From assembly GCF_964031785.1 (NCBI RefSeq), contig NZ_CAXIRE010000014.1:59927-123926 (forward strand): a DNA stretch of 64,000 bases, given 5' to 3'. Position numbers and translations under genes: made by a program. Below are positions 45,612 to 54,553 of this stretch, in pieces. Each line of letters begins with the position of its first letter. Position 1 is the stretch's first letter. Origin of the DNA: Rheinheimera texasensis (GTDB lineage: Bacteria; Pseudomonadota; Gammaproteobacteria; Enterobacterales; Alteromonadaceae). A model generated the notes under the pieces. The model saw only the letters and a program-made list of their open reading frames with translations, ran no database searches and was not told the DNA's origin.

Positions 45612-45852
45612 AACCTGAACACAAAGTCAGTGGTACTTGTGTGCAGACTAGCCGGAATAAGCGGACGCGTTGCGACCTTATGCCGGTGCACGATAGCGGC
45701 CCGACTGGTAGCTGCTGTTGTCTCCCTTGTCGCAGTCGGTAACATTGGTAGTTGGTGTTACAGGCTGACCAGTCACACGGATGTTGTGTTTTATTTGCCA
45801 ATCCTTATCCAAGGGTATTTGCAGGATACTGTGTTCAGTGTCCTGCTTTTTT
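45612..45852 (+). ncRNA. Candidate NagR-repressed sRNA (~240 nt)
   Basis: Promoter and operator at 5' end, 5' hairpin ACACAA(A)GT/ACTTGTGT, intrinsic terminator GCAGGATACTG-TGTT-CAGTGTCCTGC-T6 (45821-45852), no convincing ORF. Confidence 0.55.
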
Positions 45853-45944
45853 ATTGCCGCAAAGGTTTCCTGCTGCGTAAACTCTCCATGACTGCAGATA
45901 CGTGAACCTGTCAATTTCCGAAATAGATCAACAAGAGCTGTCTG

Positions 45945-46955
45945 ATGAACAACACAATTCGCTGGGGCATTTTAGGTTGTGGCAACGTCACTGAAGTTAA
46001 AAGTGGTCCGGCTTATCAGCAAACGCCGGGTTTTGTTGTCCAGGCCGTGATGCGCCGCGATGCCGGCAAAGCCGCCGATTATGCCAGTCGCCATCAGGTA
46101 CCGGTGTGGTACAGCGATGCTGATACGCTCATTAATGACCCGGATATCGATGCGGTGTATATCGCCACGCCGCCGGACAGCCATCTGTTTTATGCGCTGA
46201 AAGTCGCAGCCGCCGGCAAAATCTGTTGTGTTGAAAAGCCGATGGCGCTTGATGCAGAAGAGTGCGCACAAATGAATGCGGCTTTTGCTGCGGCGGGTGT
46301 GCCGCTGTTTGTCGCTTATTACCGGCGCAGTCTGCCGCGTTTTTTACAAGTCAAACAATGGCTGGATGCCGGCCTGATTGGCACTGTGCGACATGTACAG
46401 TGGAATTTCAGCCGCAGCCCGAATCCGCTCGATTTATCCGGCGCCGCGAACTGGCGCACCGATCCGGCTCAGGCTGGTGGTGGTTATTTTGTTGATCTGG
46501 CCAGTCACGGCCTGGATCTATTGATGTATTTACTCGGTGACATGCAACAGGTGCAAGGGCAGGCACTGAATCAGCAAGGCTTGTACCAGGCCGAAGACGC
46601 GGTCACAGCGCAGTGGTTGTTTGCACCGGATGCCAGGGGGCATGTCGCGACCGGTAGCGGTTTCTGGCATTTTGGTACGGACGGCCGGCGCGATGCGGTG
46701 GAAATCATCGGCAGTTTGGGCCACATCCGTTTTTCGGTATTTCAGGAAGACCCATTGCAGTTAACTGTGAACGGTGTGACAGAATCGGTGTTTATCGAGC
46801 ATCCGGCGCATATTCAGCACTATCATGTCGCCAATATTGCCGCGCATTTACGCGGTGAACTACAACATCCGTCAACCGGTGACAGCGCTTTACGCGCGAC
46901 CGCGGTGATGGAGCAGATCCTGCAGAAAAAATCAGGCCGGAATGAACCGGCCTGA
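45945..46955 (+). CDS. Gfo/Idh/MocA-family oxidoreductase
   Basis: WGILGCG.V, DAVYIATPPDSH, VEKPMA, GGGYFVDLASH. Confidence 0.9.
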   Translation: MNNTIRWGILGCGNVTEVKSGPAYQQTPGFVVQAVMRRDAGKAADYASRHQVPVWYSDADTLINDPDIDAVYIATPPDSHLFYALKVAAAGKICCVEKPMALDAEECAQMNAAFAAAGVPLFVAYYRRSLPRFLQVKQWLDAGLIGTVRHVQWNFSRSPNPLDLSGAANWRTDPAQAGGGYFVDLASHGLDLLMYLLGDMQQVQGQALNQQGLYQAEDAVTAQWLFAPDARGHVATGSGFWHFGTDGRRDAVEIIGSLGHIRFSVFQEDPLQLTVNGVTESVFIEHPAHIQHYHVANIAAHLRGELQHPSTGDSALRATAVMEQILQKKSGRNEPA

Positions 46956-46979
46956 ACGCTTGTCACTCACAGCTGCTCA

Positions 46980-49592
46980 TCAGGGCTGAGTCTCTGGTAA
47001 TTTAGTCAGGCGGCTGTTGCGGCCATCAACAGCCCGGCTGCGTAACCAGACTTCAGCGCCGGCACGCACCGGTACTGCTTCCTGATAACGTAACCAGCTT
47101 TTGCCCTGATCCAGACTGTATTCAATAGTGAGACCCGGATAGGCGATATTGGCAACCAGTTGCCCGGCCTGGATCTCTGCCCCTACCGGCGGCAGATAGT
47201 AGTGCACACCGGCCTGACTTAGCTTCGGCAGTTCTTTTTCACTCATGGCCCGCGCAAAACGCTGCCAGGATTGATCTCTGGCTTTCATCCGCTCTGTTGC
47301 ACTGACAGTCGCAGCTTCCCAGTCGGCTTTGTGCCAGGCGCGTTCGGCGATAGGGAGCAACCGTGGATAGACCATTTCTTCCAGTTGCGTCGCAGTGCGG
47401 ATGGTTTCGGTCCAGACCTGGCCCTGCACACCGAGAATATTTTCTGGTTTTTCCAGCTTCGGCAAGGCGCGGCCAACTAGTTGCTCCAAATCGTCGATCA
47501 CAGCACCAGTACGGGTTTTGTCGGCGTTGGCGTAGACATCGTCCGGCATATAACCAAAGATCTTTTTCGCGTCGGTATACCGCGCAGCCCAGTAATAACC
47601 GCGCTCATCCGGATGGGTTTCATTCGGGTGATCCAGATATAAATGGGTGCCGTGTGACATGACCACCTGATAACCGGCATTGGCCAGCCGGTAAGCACGG
47701 TCGGCCACACCCCATTCCCAGATGTTGTCCCAGACGTTGGCATACACGTTTTTGTTGGCAAATTGTTCACGGTTAAACGGATTGACCGCATCGTACATCA
47801 GACCATCTTCCCAGCCACCCAATGCCAGTTGGCGGCTGTGTAATAAGGCCGCAACTTTACTGACAAAATAGGGTTTAAGGTCAGCGACGCCGGCAACACC
47901 AGGCACGCCTTTGGCAAACAGCGCCTGACATTGCGGTGACGCTGTCCAGCTGCCGGCACCCACTTCATCGCCACCCATATGATAAGTCGACAGTTTTAAG
48001 CCGGCAGCGCGGTACATTTGCTGCAGTTCGTACACCACTTTATCAATAAAGGCGTAGCTGGAATCCATACAGACGTTGACCGAGTTGTCGGTGTAGTTCT
48101 GCACTGTCATGTATTTAGACTTATCCGCGGGATCACTAAGTAGATATTGCTCTGCTTCTGCTTTTTTACCTTGTTTCAGCAAACGCTGATAACGCGCCTG
48201 CATGGCCACAATCGCTGCACGGGCGTGGCCCGGCATATCAATTTCCGGGATCACTTCAATATGGCGGGCGTTGGCGTATTTCAGAATTTCAATAAAATCG
48301 TCACGCGTGTAAAAACCGTTGCCGGAGCCGGATTTGTGTGGCCCAGTGCCAAGCTGAGTCAGCAGACAACGTTGTTCAGTTAAATCAAAACAGCGCTGCG
48401 CGCCGATGTCGGTCAGCTCCGGCAAGCCTGGGATCTCCAGTCGCCAGCCTTCATCTTCGGTCAGATGCAGATGCAGTTTGTTCATTTTGTACCGCGCCAT
48501 CTGCTCAATCAGCCGCAGTGTGACCGCTTTGCCATGGAAATTGCGCGCCATGTCGTAATGCATGCCGCGCCAGCGATAACGTGGGCTGTCCTGAATTTCC
48601 TGCTGCGCCAGACTGATGCTGCTGAACTGCGCCGGTGTCAGCGCCAGTAAGGATTGCAGACCGTAAAACACACCGGCATTGTCGGCCGCGCTGACTTCAA
48701 TGCGGTTATCCGCGATGCGCAGCCGATAGCTTTCCGCCGTGGTCAGCGCCGGGTCAACCCGCAGCTGGATTTGTCTGGCGCTGTTATCGGCAAGCCCAGG
48801 CACAGTTTTCAGCGCGAGACCGGCGAGGCCCAACCGGTCCTGCAAATAAGCGGCTTCGGCCTTTAACCGGCCCTGAAAACGGATAGTCCACTGCTGATCT
48901 AACAGCAGTTTGCCGCCGAGCAATTTTTGCTGTTGCGGTGTCGGAATGATCTGGTCGGCGATGCTGCTATCGTCAGCAAGTGGCGCGTTGACGGCCAGAT
49001 TGTCCTGAAAACGGCTTTGGGCTGTAGCCACTTTATATAAATCCGGTTCAGGCTGCTGATAGCGGTACAGCTGTTCCGGGCGGCGCAACGGCGCGACAAA
49101 CTGACTGAAATCCTCTGAATCTGTATTGCTGAATACTTCCGGCTGTAGCTTGCCGGCAACAATAAAAGCGCGTGGCATAAAATCGCTGTAGGTCACCAGA
49201 TAAGGCGCGCCGCTGACTTCAACCGTCAAAGCGGCACCTGCCGCCAATCCTTTAAAGGCTTTGGTTGGCGCCAGCCGGTGCAAGTCGCCTTGTACATGTT
49301 CAAGAGTCAGTCCGGCCGGTGCGGTCAGCTGCAATCTGCGAATGGAGTGAAAATAAATCTGCCAGTTACCGCTGCCGGCAGCGAGGGCTTGCGCTGATTT
49401 GTTGTTGAGCTGGAGCTGCCCGGAGAAAGTGCCGGCTTTGGCGGCAAAATTACTGACAACAGCCATTTCAAAGCGGGCATTGCTGGCAAATGTCTGCAGT
49501 TCTGTCTGCTGATTAAACTGATGCGCCTGCAGTGGTGCCGCCGACAACAAGGCTGCGCTGAATATGACTGGAATGACCTGCGTGTTCTTCAT
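46980..49592 (-). CDS. GH20 beta-N-acetylhexosaminidase (chitobiase-like)
   Basis: Signal peptide, N-terminal CBD-like domain, DSPRY.WRG...D.ARNF, HLHLTEDEGWR, IDMPGHA, HMGGDEV, QGQVWTE. Confidence 0.95.
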   Translation of the reverse strand: MKNTQVIPVIFSAALLSAAPLQAHQFNQQTELQTFASNARFEMAVVSNFAAKAGTFSGQLQLNNKSAQALAAGSGNWQIYFHSIRRLQLTAPAGLTLEHVQGDLHRLAPTKAFKGLAAGAALTVEVSGAPYLVTYSDFMPRAFIVAGKLQPEVFSNTDSEDFSQFVAPLRRPEQLYRYQQPEPDLYKVATAQSRFQDNLAVNAPLADDSSIADQIIPTPQQQKLLGGKLLLDQQWTIRFQGRLKAEAAYLQDRLGLAGLALKTVPGLADNSARQIQLRVDPALTTAESYRLRIADNRIEVSAADNAGVFYGLQSLLALTPAQFSSISLAQQEIQDSPRYRWRGMHYDMARNFHGKAVTLRLIEQMARYKMNKLHLHLTEDEGWRLEIPGLPELTDIGAQRCFDLTEQRCLLTQLGTGPHKSGSGNGFYTRDDFIEILKYANARHIEVIPEIDMPGHARAAIVAMQARYQRLLKQGKKAEAEQYLLSDPADKSKYMTVQNYTDNSVNVCMDSSYAFIDKVVYELQQMYRAAGLKLSTYHMGGDEVGAGSWTASPQCQALFAKGVPGVAGVADLKPYFVSKVAALLHSRQLALGGWEDGLMYDAVNPFNREQFANKNVYANVWDNIWEWGVADRAYRLANAGYQVVMSHGTHLYLDHPNETHPDERGYYWAARYTDAKKIFGYMPDDVYANADKTRTGAVIDDLEQLVGRALPKLEKPENILGVQGQVWTETIRTATQLEEMVYPRLLPIAERAWHKADWEAATVSATERMKARDQSWQRFARAMSEKELPKLSQAGVHYYLPPVGAEIQAGQLVANIAYPGLTIEYSLDQGKSWLRYQEAVPVRAGAEVWLRSRAVDGRNSRLTKLPETQP

Positions 49593-49800
49593 TATTAATC
49601 CTGTTGCAAAAGATGGTACATTAGTACCACAGTTCCTTTTTAAAGCGATGCTGCTCAGTCGTTACAACAGGATGACTGGTCTAACTCGCTGATTTTTATT
49701 TTGTTTTACTGGAAGCAGCAGCTGCTGCGTGAATTTCCAGTCTGATTTTTAATCAGGGGTCTTGTTATTTGTCAAAATTATTATATGCTGAACTGAAAAA

Positions 49801-49816
49801 ATGACAACGCTGTCAT
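49801..49816. promoter_or_regulatory. NagR operator between hexosaminidase and nagK
   Basis: ATGACAACGCTGTCAT, exact reverse complement of the 38797 and 45577 sites; TATGCT -10 at 49784-49789. Confidence 0.88.
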
Positions 49817-49905
49817 AAATAAAAATGCCGGTTTTTTCAACAGCGCTGAAAATGGGGCTGGGAACAGGGCACTGACAGCCGCAAGGTGTGCAACGAGGGT
49901 GCTTG

Positions 49906-50832
49906 ATGAGTAGCGAAGCAGGGCAGCACAGCCCATTGTATTTAGGCATAGACGGCGGTGGCAGCAAATGCCGGGTCGTGATCGTTGACGCCGCGGACCG
50001 GTTGTTGGGCGAAGGGCTCGGTGGGCCAGCCAATCCACTGCGCGGCATGAAAGTCGCCACTGATTCTATTTTGACCGCCACTCAGCAAGCGCTGCAGGCT
50101 GCTGGCATGACCTTTAATGACATGTCGCGTCTGATCGCCGGTGCTGGCCTTGCCGGTGTCAACATGCCGCAGTATTTCCAGTTGTTTTCTGAATGGCAGC
50201 ATCCGTTTGCCGAATTTCATCTGACCACAGATTTACATACTGCCTGCATTGGTGCGCACAAAGGCGCCGACGGTGCGGTCATTATTATCGGCACCGGTTC
50301 CTGTGGCCTCGCCGATGTGGATGGTCAGTGTCTGGATGTCGGCGGTCATGGTTTTCCGTATGGCGACAATGGCAGCGGCGCCTGGTTTGGCAATCAGCTG
50401 GTGCATCATGTATTGCTGGATAAAGACCAGATTGGCGCACCGACGCTGATGACGTCGTTACTCTGTGAAGCGCTCGGCGTCAGCGGCACTTTAGAAATTG
50501 TCAGTCAGTTTATGCATGCCACACCGACAGTGTTTGCCCGTTATGCGCCGCTGGTCTTTACCGCCGCCGAGCAAGGCGATGCAGTTGCTGCCGAGATTAT
50601 TCAGGCCGGCGCCCGCCATATCGATAATATCGCGCTGCGGCTTTTAAGTATTAAACCGAAGCAGTTGTCGTTAATTGGCGGCCTTGCTTACAAAGTTCAG
50701 CCTTATTTATCAGCGCCGGTGCAAGCTTTGCTGGCGCCCGCGCAGGCCGCACCGGAATTTGGTGCCGTCTGGTTCGCCCGTGCCCGGCAGGCAAAACGCC
50801 AGGCCGCAGTATTATCCGTGTCTAATCAATGA
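49906..50832 (+). CDS. nagK: N-acetylglucosamine kinase (BadF/BadG type)
   Basis: LGIDGGGSKC, GGPAN, AGAGLAG, IIGTGS, GGHGFPYGDNGSGAW. Confidence 0.88.
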   Translation: MSSEAGQHSPLYLGIDGGGSKCRVVIVDAADRLLGEGLGGPANPLRGMKVATDSILTATQQALQAAGMTFNDMSRLIAGAGLAGVNMPQYFQLFSEWQHPFAEFHLTTDLHTACIGAHKGADGAVIIIGTGSCGLADVDGQCLDVGGHGFPYGDNGSGAWFGNQLVHHVLLDKDQIGAPTLMTSLLCEALGVSGTLEIVSQFMHATPTVFARYAPLVFTAAEQGDAVAAEIIQAGARHIDNIALRLLSIKPKQLSLIGGLAYKVQPYLSAPVQALLAPAQAAPEFGAVWFARARQAKRQAAVLSVSNQ

Positions 50833-50844
50833 AGTGAGATTCGC

Positions 50845-51843
50845 ATGACCAGCACTATCATGGCGCAAGAAGCCGCAGAAGCCCCAGTCCGTATCCGCGA
50901 ACAGTTGCAAACCAATGCAGCCGTGATCGCGGCCGTTGTGGCGCAGATCCGTCAGCGTCAGCCGAAATATGTTTATATGGTGGGCCGCGGTTCGTCAGAC
51001 CACGCCGGCGTGTTTGGCAAATACCTGATTGAAAGTGTCATTGGTCTGCCGGTGGCACCGGCTGCGCCTTCAATTGCCAGCGTTTACAACAAACAACTGC
51101 AGCTGACCGACGCGCTGGTGATTTGTATTTCGCAAAGCGGCCGCAGCCCGGACATCCTGGCCCAGGTGGCGATGGCGAAAAATGCCGGTGCTTTAGTGGT
51201 GGCGCTGGTCAACGACACCACATCGCCACTGGCGGAACAAGCTGATTTTGTCGTGCCGCTGTTTGTTGGCCCGGAAAAAGCAGTTGCCGCGACCAAAAGT
51301 TATCTGGCGACATTAAGTGCTTTGTTGCAGCTGGTCGCAGTCTGGTCAGCGGATTCCGATTTACAGGCGGCGGTCAATCAATTACCGGAATTGCTGCTGC
51401 AGGCGCAACAGCTGCCAGCGCAGCTGACTGCAGAAGCTGTCACCAGTGTTCAGCATTGCGTGGTGCTGGGTCGTGGCCCGGGTTATGCCATTTCGCGTGA
51501 AATCGCGCTGAAACTCAAAGAAGTTTGTGGCATTCATGCTGAGGCTTTCTCCAGCGCTGAATTCCTGCATGGCCCTGTGACTTTGGTCAAAGATCAGTTC
51601 GCCATTATTGATGTGTCCATCCAGGACGAAGCTTATCAGGCGCACAAAGCGCAAATCGCCGAGGTGCAAAGCCGGGGCGCCAGCCTGGTGCATCTGCATC
51701 ACGGCCAGCTCGCCAGCCATCCACGGGTGCTGCCACTCTTGTTATTACAGCGTTTTTACCTCGATGTTGAAGCGGTAGCGCGTAGTCGGGGCGTCAATCC
51801 TGATGCACCGCCGGGCCTGAATAAAGTGACAAAAACAGTTTAA
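50845..51843 (+). CDS. nagB: SIS-family glucosamine-6-phosphate deaminase (NagB-II)
   Basis: GRGSSDHA, SQSGRSPD, GPEKAVAATKS, EIALKLKE, AEFLHGP, PPGLNKVT. Confidence 0.9.
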   Translation: MTSTIMAQEAAEAPVRIREQLQTNAAVIAAVVAQIRQRQPKYVYMVGRGSSDHAGVFGKYLIESVIGLPVAPAAPSIASVYNKQLQLTDALVICISQSGRSPDILAQVAMAKNAGALVVALVNDTTSPLAEQADFVVPLFVGPEKAVAATKSYLATLSALLQLVAVWSADSDLQAAVNQLPELLLQAQQLPAQLTAEAVTSVQHCVVLGRGPGYAISREIALKLKEVCGIHAEAFSSAEFLHGPVTLVKDQFAIIDVSIQDEAYQAHKAQIAEVQSRGASLVHLHHGQLASHPRVLPLLLLQRFYLDVEAVARSRGVNPDAPPGLNKVTKTV

Positions 51844-51850
51844 CGAAAAT

Positions 51851-51890
51851 AAACGAAACCATTTTTTAGATCCGAATGGTTTCGTTTTTT
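51851..51890 (+). terminator. Long stem-loop between nagB-II and nagA
   Basis: AAACGAAACCATT-11 nt-AATGGTTTCGTTT plus T run. Confidence 0.55.
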
Positions 51891-51953
51891 CTGAGCCTGA
51901 CGTAGTATGGCGTGACAGCGCCTCAACGGGTGAAGAATAAAGGAGCGGTTTTA

Positions 51954-53075
51954 ATGCAACAACAACAGTGGGCCGTTGCGCGGTTATTTGATGGTGAGCA
52001 GTGGCATTCATCTGTGCGGGTCAGTGCGCTTGATGGCGTGATCAGCCGGATTGAAAGCTGCGCACCGGCTGAATGTGCTGATCTGACGCTGGCACCAGGT
52101 TTTATTGATGTGCAGGTCAACGGCGGCGGCGGTGCTTTATTTAATACAGCACCCACCATCGACAGCCTGCGCACTATGCTCAAAGCGCATGCCGGTTTTG
52201 GCACCACGGCGATGTTACCGACTGTGATCACAGATTCAGTTGAGACTATGCAGCACTGCGCCGACGCTATCGCTGCCGCCATCGCTGCCGGTGAACCTGG
52301 TATTCTCGGCGTGCATTTTGAAGGCCCACATTTGTCGGTGCCCAAACGTGGTGTGCATCCGACTGAGCATATCCGTGGTTTATCTGCCGAAGAACTGGCG
52401 CTGTACGGCCGTACAGATCTGGGTATTAAGCTCGTCACTGTCGCGCCGGAGAATGTTTCACCGGAGCAAATCCGTCAGTTAGTGGCGTTAAATGTCATTG
52501 TGTGTTTGGGCCATTCCAACGCCGATGGCGCGACGGTTGAAGCTGCGCTCGCGGCCGGAGCGACCGGTTTTACTCACTTATATAATGCGATGTCGCCATT
52601 GACCTCCCGCGAACCGGGTATGGTCGGCGTGGCATTGGCCGATCGCAACAGCTGGTGCGGTATTATTTTTGATGGCCACCATGTGCATCCGGTCGCCGCC
52701 AAACTGGCACTTGCAGCCAAACCGCGTGGCAAAATGCTGATTGTCACCGACGCGATGTCACCAGTCGGCACCAGCGCTACTGAATTTCCATTTTTTACCG
52801 GCAAAGTCACCCGCGACGGTAACAAACTGACTAACGATGCCGGCTCGCTGGCCGGTTCAGTGCTGGATATGGCTGGTGCTGTGCAGTATGCCGTGACTGA
52901 GTTAGGGGTTGAGCAGGGCGAAGCATTGCGGATGGCTGCGTTGTATCCGGCTGAGTTTTTGGGCATTGCGGACCATGCAGGTCGTATCGCTGCCGGCTAC
53001 CGGGCAGATTTCGTGCTACTCGACGCCCAAGGCGTGGTACAACAGTGTTATATCGCCGGTCAGGCATTGAAATAG
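51954..53075 (+). CDS. nagA: N-acetylglucosamine-6-phosphate deacetylase
   Basis: AAGGAG RBS; PGFIDVQVNGGGG, HFEGP, GHSNA, THLYNAM, DGHHV, VTDAM, LAGS. Confidence 0.96.
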   Translation: MQQQQWAVARLFDGEQWHSSVRVSALDGVISRIESCAPAECADLTLAPGFIDVQVNGGGGALFNTAPTIDSLRTMLKAHAGFGTTAMLPTVITDSVETMQHCADAIAAAIAAGEPGILGVHFEGPHLSVPKRGVHPTEHIRGLSAEELALYGRTDLGIKLVTVAPENVSPEQIRQLVALNVIVCLGHSNADGATVEAALAAGATGFTHLYNAMSPLTSREPGMVGVALADRNSWCGIIFDGHHVHPVAAKLALAAKPRGKMLIVTDAMSPVGTSATEFPFFTGKVTRDGNKLTNDAGSLAGSVLDMAGAVQYAVTELGVEQGEALRMAALYPAEFLGIADHAGRIAAGYRADFVLLDAQGVVQQCYIAGQALK

Positions 53076-53157
53076 TTTTAACGACAACAAACAGAAAAAT
53101 CACAGGGCAACAAGTCTGGCGTCAACGTCAGCGCAAATAATAACAACAGACGAAGAG

Positions 53158-54486
53158 GTGAATATGGATATGGCAATGGTACGACCGGCACCCAAAAATA
53201 CCGTACTGCCGATGGTGATCATCGGCACGCTGTTTTTTGTGTTTGGTTTTGTCACCTGGCTGAACGGGTCTTTGATCCCGTTTTTAAAGCTGGTGTGTCA
53301 CCTGACAGAATCGCAGGCGATGTGGGTCACTTTCGCTTTTTATATCGCGTACGTGGTGATGGCATTGCCGATGTCCTGGGTACTGAACCGCATTGGCTAT
53401 AAAAATGGCATGGTGGCGGGGCTTGGTATTATGGCGGCCGGCGCTGTGTTGTTTATCCCGGCGGCACAAACCACTTTGTATAGCCTGTTTCTGGTCGCGT
53501 TATTTACACTCGGCACCGGCCTGACAATTCTGCAAACCGCGTCCAATCCCTATATCGTTTGTATCGGCCCGCGTGAAACCGCGGCGATGCGTATCAGTAT
53601 TATGGGCCTGGTGAATAAAGGCGCCGGTGTTGTGGTGCCGCTGATTTTTACCGCCTGGATTTTGACCGGTATGGACCAGTTCACCCCGGAAGTGCTGGCT
53701 GCACTGAGTGAAGAAGAAAAAGCCAGCCGTATTGCTGAACTTTCCAATCGTCTGGTCACGCCATACATCTACATGACAGTGGCGCTGCTGGCGTTAATGG
53801 CTTTTGTGAAGTTTTCGCCACTGCCGGAGCCTGAGCTGGAACAGCCGGCAGAGCAAGGTGTGGCGCCGGAACACCGCACTTCAGTGCTGCAATTCCCGCA
53901 GCTGATGCTGGGTGTCGCTGCGTTGTTTTTTTACGTCGGCGTTGAAGTCATTGCCGGTGATACTATTGGTCTTTATGGCCAGCATCTGAATGTGTCGCAT
54001 TGGGGCGCGCTGACTTCTTATACCATGGTGTTTATGGTGCTGGGTTATCTGGTTGGTGTCAGCTGTATTCCGAAATACCTGTCGCAACCGCGTGCACTGC
54101 AAGGCTCTGCCGTGTTTGGCATCCTGTTCACCTTGGGTGTGATGTTTGGTTCGGCCGAAAGCCATCAGTTATCGGCGTTGTTATTTGGCTGGGCCGGCAT
54201 TCCGACTGTGCCTGATACTGTGTTGTTCCTGGCGATGCTGGGTTTTGCCAATGCCTTAGTCTGGCCTGCGGTGTGGCCACTGGCGCTGGAAGGGTTGGGC
54301 AAATTTACCGCCACCGCTTCAGCTTTATTGATTATGGGCATCGCCGGCGGTGCTGTGTTACCTAAGGTGTATGGCTATCTGTCGACCGCGTCCGGTGATG
54401 CGCAAGGTGCTTACTGGATGATGATCCCGTGTTACGCCTTTATCCTTTATTACGCTTTCAGCGGCTATAAAAAACGCCAGTGGTAA
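53158..54486 (+). CDS. nagP: FucP/GluP-family MFS sugar permease (GlcNAc)
   Basis: LFFVFGFVTWLN, LQTASNPY, YVGVEVIAG, ANALVWPA.WPLA, MGIAGGA; within nag operon. Confidence 0.85.
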   Translation: MNMDMAMVRPAPKNTVLPMVIIGTLFFVFGFVTWLNGSLIPFLKLVCHLTESQAMWVTFAFYIAYVVMALPMSWVLNRIGYKNGMVAGLGIMAAGAVLFIPAAQTTLYSLFLVALFTLGTGLTILQTASNPYIVCIGPRETAAMRISIMGLVNKGAGVVVPLIFTAWILTGMDQFTPEVLAALSEEEKASRIAELSNRLVTPYIYMTVALLALMAFVKFSPLPEPELEQPAEQGVAPEHRTSVLQFPQLMLGVAALFFYVGVEVIAGDTIGLYGQHLNVSHWGALTSYTMVFMVLGYLVGVSCIPKYLSQPRALQGSAVFGILFTLGVMFGSAESHQLSALLFGWAGIPTVPDTVLFLAMLGFANALVWPAVWPLALEGLGKFTATASALLIMGIAGGAVLPKVYGYLSTASGDAQGAYWMMIPCYAFILYYAFSGYKKRQW

Positions 54487-54505
54487 GCCATTTTTTAAAA
54501 AGTGA

Positions 54506-54532
54506 AACAGGGCTGACTTTGTCAGCCCTGTT
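54506..54532 (+). terminator. Stem-loop between nagP and nagX
   Basis: AACAGGGCTGAC-TTT-GTCAGCCCTGTT, short T tail. Confidence 0.55.
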
Positions 54533-54553
54533 GTCTTTCGGAGCACCATAACA

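Noticed and set aside
45612-45852. CsrB/Rsm-type sRNA interpretation
   Set aside because: Only about four GGA motifs and no GacA box upstream.
45630-45905. ORFs of 78-91 aa, and a 20-aa MPVHDSGPTGSCCCLPCRSR (from 45680), in the sRNA-candidate interval
   Set aside because: No clear RBS or family motif, and the longer ones cross the terminator. The 20-aa ORF is not strictly excluded without Ribo-seq.
51923-52438. 171-aa antisense ORF in nagA (also 60557-61090, 62279-62779, 62813-63109, 63533-64000, 2171-2656)
   Set aside because: Reverse-strand shadows of well-conserved, codon-biased genes.
53098-53135. CACAGGGCAA resembling the start of a c-di-GMP-I riboswitch upstream of nagP
   Set aside because: The following GNRA hairpin, receptor and P1 partner are missing.
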